A stretch of 64,000 bases of DNA from an uncultured Alphaproteobacteria bacterium (GCA_902597015.1 CACJWQ010000001.1:4520-68519), one strand, 5' to 3'. Numbered from the stretch's first letter, positions 37,421 through 45,737 are shown. Notes: generated from the sequence alone by a model not told the origin. Program-made: numbers and translations.

Positions 37421-38467
37421 ATGTTAGCAGTTGAAGTTCAAAATCTTACACACTCAATTAATAATAAAAAAATTTTAAATAATATTAATTTTAATTTAAA
37501 TAAAGATAGTATCTCGTGTATTTTGGGACCATCTGGAAGTGGCAAAACTACATTACTAAAACTTATTGCAGGACTTGGGAAAGTACAATCTGGTAAAATC
37601 TTAATCAATGGTGAAGAAGTTAGTAGCGCAAATAAACATTTACCAACTGAAAAAAGAAAAATTGGCTTCTTGTTTCAGGACTATGCTTTGTTTCCACACT
37701 TAACAGTAAAACAAAATTTAGAATATCCAATTAATTATAAGAATTCAGAATATAAAATTGAAGATATTATTGATTTAATAAAACTTCCAAACTCTTTGAA
37801 TAAATTTCCTCATGAATTGAGTGGAGGTGAACAACAAAGAGTTGCATTAGCAAGATCAATAATTTCTCAACCAGATTTACTACTTTTAGATGAGCCATTC
37901 TCTAGTCTTGACTTAAATCTTCGAGAAGAAGTGCGTGATGAAACATTACATTTATTACAAAAATCAAATATCTCCGTAATCATTGTTACCCATGATCCTT
38001 TTGAAGCAATGTTTATTTCTAATCAGATAAATATTATGGATACATCAGGGTATATTATTCAGTCAGGAAGTCCCGCTGAATTATATAAAAATCCAAAGAA
38101 TTCTTATGTGACTGAATTTTTTGGAGAAACAAATAGATTTAATGGAATAGTGAGTAATTCTTTTGTGCAAACTCCAGTTGGAAAAATAAAAGCACCTAAT
38201 GAATTTGAAAACAAGAATGTTGAAGTGCATGTAAGGCCACAAGGTATTAAATTAAAACAGCAGCCAACACCCGTTAATGGTATCAAAGGTACTGTCATGG
38301 CTTCAAAATTAATGGGATCCTTTAGTTTTATTCATTTGTCAGTGCTCAATGATAATAATGAGGTCGTCCATGTACACAGTCATATGCCTCCTGAATTTAA
38401 CCCTCAGCAATCATCAGCAGTAGAAATCGAAATAGATCAATCTCAAGCTTTTATTTTTAAAAATTAA
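37421..38467 (+). CDS. fbpC: Fe3+ ABC transporter ATPase (FbpC/SfuC-like)
   Basis: Walker A GPSGSGKTT, signature LSGGEQQR, Walker B LLLDEPFSSLD. It is convergent with fbpB, with a 4-nt overlap. Confidence 0.75.
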   Translation: MLAVEVQNLTHSINNKKILNNINFNLNKDSISCILGPSGSGKTTLLKLIAGLGKVQSGKILINGEEVSSANKHLPTEKRKIGFLFQDYALFPHLTVKQNLEYPINYKNSEYKIEDIIDLIKLPNSLNKFPHELSGGEQQRVALARSIISQPDLLLLDEPFSSLDLNLREEVRDETLHLLQKSNISVIIVTHDPFEAMFISNQINIMDTSGYIIQSGSPAELYKNPKNSYVTEFFGETNRFNGIVSNSFVQTPVGKIKAPNEFENKNVEVHVRPQGIKLKQQPTPVNGIKGTVMASKLMGSFSFIHLSVLNDNNEVVHVHSHMPPEFNPQQSSAVEIEIDQSQAFIFKN

Positions 38468-40095
38468 TTACTTTCTTTTTTTTGTGAAACTCTTTGAAGT
38501 GTAGAGTTTAAAAATATAACTGGTCCAAGACCAACAACAATAATTATTAATGCGGCAAATGAAGATTCTTGTAAAAGCTCGTCTGATGCGTATTGATAAA
38601 CATACGTAGCTAAAGTTTCAAAATTAAATGGACGTAGTAATAAGGTGATGGGAAGCTCTTTTAAAATATCAACGAATACAAGAATTCCACCAATTAAAAT
38701 ATTAGTATAAATTAATGGTAAAACAATTACTCTAATTGTGTTTAAGAATCCTTTTCCCATTGTTTGTGAGGCATCTACCGCATTTGGGTGAACTTTTAAT
38801 ATTCCAGATCTTAGTGCTGCGTTTCCAACTGCTAAAAACCTTGTTGTATACGCAAAAATTAAAACTAAAAAACCACCTGCAACATAACTAATTTCAACAT
38901 TAATAATACTATTTAGCCAGCCAAAAAATATTACAATTCCAACTGCTAAAATTGTGCCTGGCAATGCATAACCGCATGACGCCACAAATATTAGTCCTTT
39001 TTGAAAAGTATTTGATCTGTAATTAGATACAATAATTAAAATTATAGAAACCAACATTACTGTTACGGCTCCACCAAGAGCCAAGGAAATACTTGTTGTT
39101 GCAGCAAAAGTAACCTCACTAAAATTAATTATAGAAAATCCATTTAGTACAAAGTTAAGAAGAATAATTACTGGAATGATAAAACCTAAAGTTATTGGAA
39201 GCAAACATATGATAAAACAAATTAACTTTCCTGTAAAAGTTATTGTCTCAGATTGTAACATATTTTGACCACTACTTTTTTCAAAAAATCTTTGTCGACG
39301 TCTAGCTAGATATTCAATGGTTAAAAGAACAACAACGAATATAAAAAGAACTGAAGATATCTGTGAAGCACCGGAAAGGCTGTTCATACCCAACCAAACA
39401 TTAAAAACACCAAGTGTTAATGTTTCTAAAGCGAAATAATCAACTGTTCCAAAATCTGAAATTGTTTCCATCAACACCAATGCTAAACCAGCAAATATTC
39501 CTGGTCTTGCAAGAGGTAGAGCAACTGAAAAAAAACTATTACGTCCATAAATCAAACTTGTTTGGTAGAACGATAATGGCACAGTTAAGAATGATGCTCT
39601 CGTCATCATATAAATGTAAGGGTACAACACACAGGACATAACTAATATGGCACCACCCATGGAACGAATTTCAGGAAACCAATAATCGTTTGGTGAGCTC
39701 CAGTTAAAAATTTCTCTTAAAAATTTTTGAAGTGGTCCAGCATATTCTAAGAAGTCCGTGTAAGTGTAAGCTATTATATATGCTGGTACTGCCGCCGGTA
39801 ATAGTAAAGCCCATTCAAAAAATTTTTTTCCTAAGAAATTATATCTTGTTACAACCCATGCAGAAGAAACACCAAAAATTGTACTTAGAATACCAACCCC
39901 TATCATCAGTACAATCGTATTATATACATATCTTGGAAGTACAGTTGAGAAGAGATGAGGCCAAAGACTGGTATCCCCTAAAAATGCGGAGTAAAAAATA
40001 GCAACTATTGGACTTATAATAAATAAAGCAAGTAACGTTGCCAGTGTTGATGAACTATTCCAATTGTACAAATTCACTTGCTTATAAACTACCAA
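38464..40095 (-). CDS. fbpB: Fe3+ ABC transporter permease, fused two-domain type (FbpB/SfuB)
   Basis: 543 aa with a duplicated 6-TM permease architecture. It lies downstream of fbpA with a 7-nt overlap. Confidence 0.85.
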   Translation of the reverse strand: MVVYKQVNLYNWNSSSTLATLLALFIISPIVAIFYSAFLGDTSLWPHLFSTVLPRYVYNTIVLMIGVGILSTIFGVSSAWVVTRYNFLGKKFFEWALLLPAAVPAYIIAYTYTDFLEYAGPLQKFLREIFNWSSPNDYWFPEIRSMGGAILVMSCVLYPYIYMMTRASFLTVPLSFYQTSLIYGRNSFFSVALPLARPGIFAGLALVLMETISDFGTVDYFALETLTLGVFNVWLGMNSLSGASQISSVLFIFVVVLLTIEYLARRRQRFFEKSSGQNMLQSETITFTGKLICFIICLLPITLGFIIPVIILLNFVLNGFSIINFSEVTFAATTSISLALGGAVTVMLVSIILIIVSNYRSNTFQKGLIFVASCGYALPGTILAVGIVIFFGWLNSIINVEISYVAGGFLVLIFAYTTRFLAVGNAALRSGILKVHPNAVDASQTMGKGFLNTIRVIVLPLIYTNILIGGILVFVDILKELPITLLLRPFNFETLATYVYQYASDELLQESSFAALIIIVVGLGPVIFLNSTLQRVSQKKESN

Positions 40096-41108
40096 CCTAC
40101 TCGATCAATTATCTTTTGTGCCTCTGGGGCTAATTCTGCTATTTTGACAATTGGAAGAGTATCTTCACGGAAACTACCCCAACTTTTTAACTCATCACCA
40201 GGTTCTATTTTAAGATTTGCAGGATATTCAAAATTAATCTCTCCGTAAAGTTTCTGTGCTTTTTCACTGGTCAAAAATTCCAAAAGTTTTTGAGCCTCTT
40301 CTTTATTCTTTGAAAATTTTGCTATACCGCCTCCTGATATATTAACATGAGCACCTCTGTCACCTTCAGCTTGATTTGGAAAAACCAATCTAACACTTTC
40401 AACCCATTTTCTTTGTTCAGGATCTTCTGAGAATTTTAATTTTCCAAAATAATAATTATTTATTAGAGCAATTTCACACTCACCTTCATGAATTGCCTTA
40501 ACCTGAGCTCTATCATTTCCTTGTGGTCTTTTAGCAAAATTAGCAACCATATCCTTTGCCCATTTTTCTGCTTCTTCTTCACCAAGAGCTGCTAAAACTG
40601 AAGCCATAATACCTCGATTATAAACATGACTTCCAGGTCTTGAGCAAATTTTGCCTTTCCATTTAGGGTTAGCTAGATCTTCAATTCTCGTTATTTCCCC
40701 TTCCGCAATCTTATCTTTGTGAACTACGATGACTCTAGCTCTTTTGGATAAACCAAACCATGTATTATCAGGACTTCTTAAATAATTTGGAATATTATTT
40801 TTAAGTTTTTTCGAATCTATTGGAGCCAAAAGATCAAGATCATCATAAACGTACAATCTTCCAATATCGACCGTAAGTATAACATCTGCTGGACTATTTT
40901 CACCTTCTGCCTTTAGTCTTTGGGCAAGACCTTTTTTAGAGTAAACAACATTAGTTTTAATTCCTGTTTCTTGTGAAAATAAATCTAAAAAGGGATTTAT
41001 TAAAAAAGGCTGTCTATGGGAATAAATGTTTATTTCTTTTGCATTAAGATAAGGTGCAAAAATAAAAACAATAAATATAAATAAAAGGCGTAGTAGATTA
41101 GTTTTCAT
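40089..41108 (-). CDS. fbpA: Periplasmic Fe3+-binding protein (FbpA/SfuA/IdiA family)
   Basis: Signal peptide present. INIYSHRQPFLINPFLDLFSQETGIKTNVVY...ADVILTVD is typical of FbpA. Confidence 0.85.
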   Translation of the reverse strand: MKTNLLRLLFIFIVFIFAPYLNAKEINIYSHRQPFLINPFLDLFSQETGIKTNVVYSKKGLAQRLKAEGENSPADVILTVDIGRLYVYDDLDLLAPIDSKKLKNNIPNYLRSPDNTWFGLSKRARVIVVHKDKIAEGEITRIEDLANPKWKGKICSRPGSHVYNRGIMASVLAALGEEEAEKWAKDMVANFAKRPQGNDRAQVKAIHEGECEIALINNYYFGKLKFSEDPEQRKWVESVRLVFPNQAEGDRGAHVNISGGGIAKFSKNKEEAQKLLEFLTSEKAQKLYGEINFEYPANLKIEPGDELKSWGSFREDTLPIVKIAELAPEAQKIIDRVGW

Positions 41109-42108
41109 TTAATGATCTCCATTTTAAGTTGATTAAATTAATTTTATTTTTAATTTTAAGAAATTTTTTTAAAAAATAATTTTTAATTTCTACAAAAGGA
41201 TTTATGTACAAATATTTTAGATCATGACTCTCATCTTTTTGATTTTTCTCAATTCCTAGTTCAAGAGTATCAAATTCAACAGAATGATGTAGTGATCCAA
41301 ATAACCAATCCCAAACAGCAAGTGCAGCTCCAAAATTTTTGTCATGATGTTCTCTAGCAATCGAGTGATGAAGCTGATGTTGAGCTGGTGAAATAAATAT
41401 ATATTCTACCCATCTCCAATATCTAATACCTACATGGGAATGACGAAGATTAGAGCCAAGAATATTAAAAATAAAAACAAAGATATTTACTCCTAATACT
41501 GTGTACAAACTTACAGTATTACCAAACAGAAATATAAATGAAGATATACTGATTGCTTGAGTGACAGAACTTCTGAGTGAAAATATAATGCCTTCTAAAG
41601 GATGTGTTCTAAAAACTGTCATTGGTGTAAGCACTGTTGCTGAGTGGTGTACTTTATGAAGCGACCATAAAATTGGCCACTTATGCATAAAACGATGAAT
41701 AATATATTTACTAAAATCATCAATTAAGAATTGGAAGGTAGTAAAAGATATAATTACAATTATTGGCAATGTACTATTGAACATTCCAACGCTTAACCAA
41801 TCAATTGTATGGAAATAGAAATAAAGTGCTGTAGCAATCGTTAATTGAGTAATTAAAAATGGTGACACAGTCATCATAATCAATTGATTGATTAAAAATA
41901 CTTTGTAGTCTGACTTTGCTGACTTTGAAAAAAATATCTTTTTATCGAAAATTTTTTTTAGTGCGCCTACAAAAGAATATTTTTTATTTAAAATAAACCA
42001 CACAGTTGCAATAGCTATTGAGATTGCAATATAAGCAATAAAAATTCTTTTCTTAGGATCAATAAATTGATTTCCTATATTTGATATATAATCAGTAATT
42101 ATTTCCAT
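41098..42108 (-). CDS. Membrane diiron fatty-acid-hydroxylase/sterol-desaturase-superfamily protein
   Basis: His boxes HRFMHKWPILWSLHKVHHS, HVGIRYW and HQLHHS are present, with 4-5 TM segments. Its 3' end overlaps the fbpA start by 11 nt. Confidence 0.8.
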   Translation of the reverse strand: MEIITDYISNIGNQFIDPKKRIFIAYIAISIAIATVWFILNKKYSFVGALKKIFDKKIFFSKSAKSDYKVFLINQLIMMTVSPFLITQLTIATALYFYFHTIDWLSVGMFNSTLPIIVIISFTTFQFLIDDFSKYIIHRFMHKWPILWSLHKVHHSATVLTPMTVFRTHPLEGIIFSLRSSVTQAISISSFIFLFGNTVSLYTVLGVNIFVFIFNILGSNLRHSHVGIRYWRWVEYIFISPAQHQLHHSIAREHHDKNFGAALAVWDWLFGSLHHSVEFDTLELGIEKNQKDESHDLKYLYINPFVEIKNYFLKKFLKIKNKINLINLKWRSLNEN

Positions 42109-42119
42109 TCCAAATTAGT

Positions 42120-42146
42120 AAGTGTGGCTCATATTAAGCCACACTT
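42120..42146 (-). terminator. Hairpin terminator/attenuator downstream of the 459-aa periplasmic protein gene
   Basis: Inverted repeat AAGTGTGGCT / AGCCACACTT with a 7-nt loop. The U-tract is weak. Confidence 0.45.
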
Positions 42147-42158
42147 TATTTATGTAAT

Positions 42159-43538
42159 TTAATCGTTTTCTGCAGAGTCAGAGCTTCCCATAGTGCTAGC
42201 AAGTTCTTCCATAGCAGCTAACTGATCATTGTTTCTTGCAGTAACTCCAAATTCATCAACCATAAGTTTTTGAATTTTAATCATGTGGAGTTTAAATTCT
42301 CCCCAATCTTGAGCTTGATCTTTAATAAAGTTACCGTTTGAATCAACTCCAACAACCTGAGAAGCATTTAATAGAACTGGTCCAAAACCCATCATTCTAT
42401 TCATTTTTTCTGCAGTTTCACCTAGATCTTCTGGTCCACATTGAAGAGCTAAAGCAAAGCCTTTAAGTTCTCCCCAATGTTTCGCATATTTTCTAAATGC
42501 GTCTGTAGTATCACCATTTGCTTCCATAATTGTTTCAAGTGCTACAATATCTTTATATGTAGAACCAGCATACTTAAACACAGATTCAGCAATAACTTTT
42601 TGCCAATTTTCTCTGATAGTATCTCTAGCCTCTAACATTTTGGTTCTTTCAGAAAAATTTAAATTTCTACCGCCAGCATCTCTGATAACTTTTCTACCAT
42701 CAATGAATGCTTGATTAACAGTAGCTAGATAATTAGTCTTACCACCTTTGTCATAACTTGATGCGTAGTAAGCATGTGCAAATAACATCTCAGAATATAA
42801 ATCTACAACACCATCACCATTATAATCAGCAGCAGCTAAATCCTTCATCTTAGCAACATTATAATTCTGTTCTGCTGTTAATGTTAAAGAATGTGCTGGA
42901 GCACCCCAATATCCAAATGCTTCATCCCAGCTATGTTCTTTTCCAGTATAATAAGCACCTTCTTTATAAGGTTTACGATTTTCTTTTTGACCAATCTCCA
43001 TTTTTTTACCAAGATAATTATTTACACCTTGGTTATAAAAAACAGCACCCATTGCAAACTTAGATATTAACTGAGTGTAATCAAATCCTGTTGCAGGATC
43101 AAAATCACCACCAATTTCACTAGCTTTCTGCATCATATGTTCTAATGCTTCGGGTCCAGATAGTCCACCCCAACCTGGAATTGCACCTTTGTACATTTTA
43201 CCAGATAAGTTTCCACTACCTATTTCTGAAACCATAGTTTGCATAATAGGAAAACCATCTTTAGATTTTGGAGCAATAATCTCTAAACCATCTTCTCCAT
43301 TATAATAGGCCATCATTTTATCTAGATCACCAGTTTTAACAAGTTTCTTCAAACTATCATGTAAAACTTGTCTGGCCATTTGACCTGTATATTTTACTGA
43401 ATTTGTTTCATCGCCATCATAACCTTTTAACGTAATTGGGTATGGGCCATAAATTTCTGGACCATGACCATCTGCAAAAGATTTAGAAAAACTAAAAGAG
43501 AAAACTAATGCAGTAGCAATCAGTAATATTTTTTTCAT
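42159..43538 (-). CDS. Secreted/periplasmic protein of unknown function (possibly DUF4856/imelysin-associated type), putatively iron-regulated
   Basis: Signal peptide MKKILLIATALVFSFSFSKSFA. 459-aa acidic protein with the motif EHSWDEAFGYWG. The family assignment is from memory and uncertain. ICE-like boxes lie upstream. Confidence 0.5.
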   Translation of the reverse strand: MKKILLIATALVFSFSFSKSFADGHGPEIYGPYPITLKGYDGDETNSVKYTGQMARQVLHDSLKKLVKTGDLDKMMAYYNGEDGLEIIAPKSKDGFPIMQTMVSEIGSGNLSGKMYKGAIPGWGGLSGPEALEHMMQKASEIGGDFDPATGFDYTQLISKFAMGAVFYNQGVNNYLGKKMEIGQKENRKPYKEGAYYTGKEHSWDEAFGYWGAPAHSLTLTAEQNYNVAKMKDLAAADYNGDGVVDLYSEMLFAHAYYASSYDKGGKTNYLATVNQAFIDGRKVIRDAGGRNLNFSERTKMLEARDTIRENWQKVIAESVFKYAGSTYKDIVALETIMEANGDTTDAFRKYAKHWGELKGFALALQCGPEDLGETAEKMNRMMGFGPVLLNASQVVGVDSNGNFIKDQAQDWGEFKLHMIKIQKLMVDEFGVTARNNDQLAAMEELASTMGSSDSAEND

Positions 43539-43563
43539 ATTTTTTTCCTTAATTATAAAATTT

Positions 43564-43660
43564 CTTAGTTTATGGTTGTGGAGATAAGTGAAAACCTGTG
43601 AGGTTAAGATGCGCCTTTACCCTTAAAATAGATTACTTATCTCCACGTCCTATTACTAAG
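43564..43660 (-). other. Candidate structured 5'-leader RNA (12-bp perfect stem + outer 6-bp stem, 45-nt interior)
   Basis: GTGGAGATAAGT (43578-43589) pairs with ACTTATCTCCAC (43635-43646). CTTAGT (43564-43569) pairs with ACTAAG (43655-43660). The element lies between ICE-like box 1 and the start codon at 43538. Confidence 0.35.
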
Positions 43661-43742
43661 GATCTAAAATTCTTTTATATTAATTAAAAATCATTATATT
43701 TTTATTTAAAATATAAAGTTATTTTGGGAAAAATTTACCTTT

Positions 43743-43759
43743 TTTAGAGTTATTCTAAT
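43743..43759. promoter_or_regulatory. Irr-type iron control element (ICE)-like box 1
   Basis: TTTAGAG-TTA-TTCTAAT matches the ICE consensus TTTAGAA-N3-TTCTAAA at 12/14 positions. Confidence 0.5.
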
Positions 43760-43778
43760 TTAAAGAAATTTTAAAGTA

Positions 43779-43835
43779 GGTGGTTAATAATCGTAATATT
43801 AAATGTGAGTTATAATGTTATAAAAATTAACCACC
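43779..43835 (-). other. Second long hairpin in the same spacer (10-bp perfect stem, 37-nt loop)
   Basis: GGTGGTTAAT (43779-43788) pairs with ATTAACCACC (43826-43835). Confidence 0.3.
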
Positions 43836-43926
43836 ATGGAACGGAAGTAAAGTTTTAATTAATTAAAAAAAAAATATTTTGTAAAAAAAATTTTAATTCA
43901 ATATTTCGAAACAATTATGAAGTGTT

Positions 43927-43943
43927 TTTAGAACTATTCTAAT
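43927..43943. promoter_or_regulatory. Irr-type iron control element (ICE)-like box 2
   Basis: TTTAGAA-CTA-TTCTAAT matches TTTAGAA-N3-TTCTAAA at 13/14 positions. It is near-identical to box 1, 184 bp away. Confidence 0.55.
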
Positions 43944-43951
43944 TAAAAAAA

Positions 43952-44539
43952 TTATATAATTAAATAGAATCCAAAAATTGCACATCCAATACCAAGTACT
44001 CTCAATATTATATTTAAAAAATTATTTCTAATAAGTACGAGTCCTATACCAACACCAAACAGATGTAGCACTGCTGTGCCAGATGAAAAACCTAGAGCAA
44101 ATAATAGTGGATTTGCTGCCCATGGCATTTCAATACCGTGAGCTAATCCATGAAACGCACCAAAAAATGCAACTGCTATCATTATAATAATTGTTGGTAA
44201 TTTTTTTTCTATAGCAACGGATAAACCTAAAAAAATTACTGAAAAAATAATTCCCCATTCAATAATATCAGAGAAAGTAATGGCTAGAATTTCTATGAAT
44301 AAACCTGCTGCACCTCCTACAATCATAAATAGAACAAACAAGGAGGGGACTGTCCATATGGCTCTTCCGCCAATTTGTGAACTTACAACTCCGACGCATA
44401 CCATTGCCAAGAAATGATCTAACCCTAAAACAGGATGAGAAAGACCGTCATAAAAACCATTCATGCCAGTAAAAGTATGAGCGTAAAGAGGTTTAATAAT
44501 TAAAAGTGTACTAATTAAAAAAAATAATCTTAGAAACAT
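43952..44539 (-). CDS. HupE/UreJ-family metal (Ni/Co-type) permease
   Basis: Signal peptide followed by LYA|HTFTG, then LSHPVLGLDHFLAMV (the HPxxGxDH motif). 195 aa, 6 TM segments. Confidence 0.8.
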   Translation of the reverse strand: MFLRLFFLISTLLIIKPLYAHTFTGMNGFYDGLSHPVLGLDHFLAMVCVGVVSSQIGGRAIWTVPSLFVLFMIVGGAAGLFIEILAITFSDIIEWGIIFSVIFLGLSVAIEKKLPTIIIMIAVAFFGAFHGLAHGIEMPWAANPLLFALGFSSGTAVLHLFGVGIGLVLIRNNFLNIILRVLGIGCAIFGFYLII

Positions 44540-44547
44540 ACTCCGTT

Positions 44548-45222
44548 CTATGCCTTTCTTCTAAAAAATATTCTTTTTATTAAAAAATAAATAATTGTTA
44601 TTAAAACTAAAAGAGCAATATGAGGAATATAAGCACGAATATCAAATTTTTGCCAATGTACAATATCCATGAACGGGCCTATATAAAGAATGATAGGTGT
44701 CCAAGTTAAAATTTGTTCCCACAGATTGGATCCAAAAAATTCTGCCTCACCAACTGCTAATGAATAATGTCCGGTGTTATCTTCGTTAAATACTTTTATA
44801 TAATAAGTTCCAGCATTAATCATAAAACTTGTTTTAAATTCTTCGTTTCTTTCAGTTCCTATTTCAGGACCTTTCCAATACCAATCCCTAGCATAAGGTT
44901 CATACCACTCATTCCAATTAAAATCTTCGCCATCTGCATTATAAATAACTTCTTTGTTTTCATTTAAAACTTCAATGGATAACCATTTATAATTATCATT
45001 TACTTTTGGACTTAAAATGCCTGTATAAAATAAAAAATCACGTTCGCTTTCTATTTTATAATAATGTGGCTCACCTTCTAATTTAGAATAATAAGCTTTT
45101 GAAATTTCTGGATATACGACGTCATGCGGGTTATCAAATGATGGTGAATAATTTATTAATTTAGGTTGATGGGCGAAAACTGATAACGGATAAAATACAA
45201 AAAGAAAAACTAATATTTTCAT
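44548..45222 (-). CDS. Exported, C-terminally membrane-anchored protein of unknown function with predicted mature N-terminal His
   Basis: Signal peptide MKILVFLFVFYPLSVFA|HQPK. A beta-rich domain (GTYYIKVFNEDNTGHYSLAVGE) and two C-terminal hydrophobic spans follow. It ends 8 nt upstream of the HupE-like gene. Confidence 0.5.
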   Translation of the reverse strand: MKILVFLFVFYPLSVFAHQPKLINYSPSFDNPHDVVYPEISKAYYSKLEGEPHYYKIESERDFLFYTGILSPKVNDNYKWLSIEVLNENKEVIYNADGEDFNWNEWYEPYARDWYWKGPEIGTERNEEFKTSFMINAGTYYIKVFNEDNTGHYSLAVGEAEFFGSNLWEQILTWTPIILYIGPFMDIVHWQKFDIRAYIPHIALLVLITIIYFLIKRIFFRRKA

Positions 45223-45265
45223 AATTACTTATAAAAATTAAAATTATACTTTTCAACAATTGTAA

Positions 45266-45298
45266 AGTTTGGGGCCACTTTGGGCCCCTATCCAAACT
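45266..45298 (-). terminator. GC-rich hairpin at the Hsp20 stop codon (possible terminator)
   Basis: GGGGCC (45271-45276) pairs with GGCCCC (45083+200=45283-45288), with outer pairing AGTTT/AAACT. The downstream U-tract is weak. Confidence 0.35.
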
Positions 45299-45734
45299 AC
45301 TTTATTGAGATTAGTCTAGCTTTTTTTTCTTCTGGAATAATTCTCTCCAAATCAATCGCTAAAAGTCCATTTTTCAATTCAGCATCTTTGACTTTGATAT
45401 CTTCTGAAATAGTGAACGATCTTTCAAACTGTCTTGTTGAGATTCCTTTATGAATTACACCATTACCATTTTCATTAACTACTTTTTCTTTAGGTTTATT
45501 TCTAACAGTTAGGTTGTTTTCTTTTAATTCAATCTCAATGTCTTCTTTACTATATCCAGCGAGAGCAACTTCAATTTTATAGTTATGCTCATCGACTCGA
45601 TGAATATTGTAAGGTGGATAATTTGTATTGTATCGTTCCGTAGACTCCAACATTCTATCAAATTCGTCAAAAATTGAGTCAAATCCAACAGAGAATGGTC
45701 TTAGAGAATTCCAAACGGATAGGTTTCTAGTCAT
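45297..45734 (-). CDS. Small heat-shock protein, Hsp20/alpha-crystallin family
   Basis: Alpha-crystallin domain (YNIHRVDEHNYKIEVALAGYSKEDIEIELKENNLTV ... GLLAIDLERI). I chose the start at the ATG at 45732-45734, which has SD AAGGAG 7 nt upstream, rather than the track start at 45776. Confidence 0.85.
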   Translation of the reverse strand: MTRNLSVWNSLRPFSVGFDSIFDEFDRMLESTERYNTNYPPYNIHRVDEHNYKIEVALAGYSKEDIEIELKENNLTVRNKPKEKVVNENGNGVIHKGISTRQFERSFTISEDIKVKDAELKNGLLAIDLERIIPEEKKARLISIK

Positions 45735-45737
45735 AAT

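Noticed and set aside
43578-43646. Possible tRNA or tRNA-like gene in the long spacer (about 70 nt, strongly paired ends)
   Set aside because: The terminal stem is 12 bp with a single 45-nt interior. No D, anticodon or T arms, no GTTC box and no CCA context can be drawn. It is not a cloverleaf.
43689-43697. Fur-box-like AATCATTAT in the iron-cluster spacer
   Set aside because: Only one half of the 19-bp Fur palindrome is present, and such A/T strings are common here. The ICE-like boxes are far better matches to a known alphaproteobacterial iron operator.
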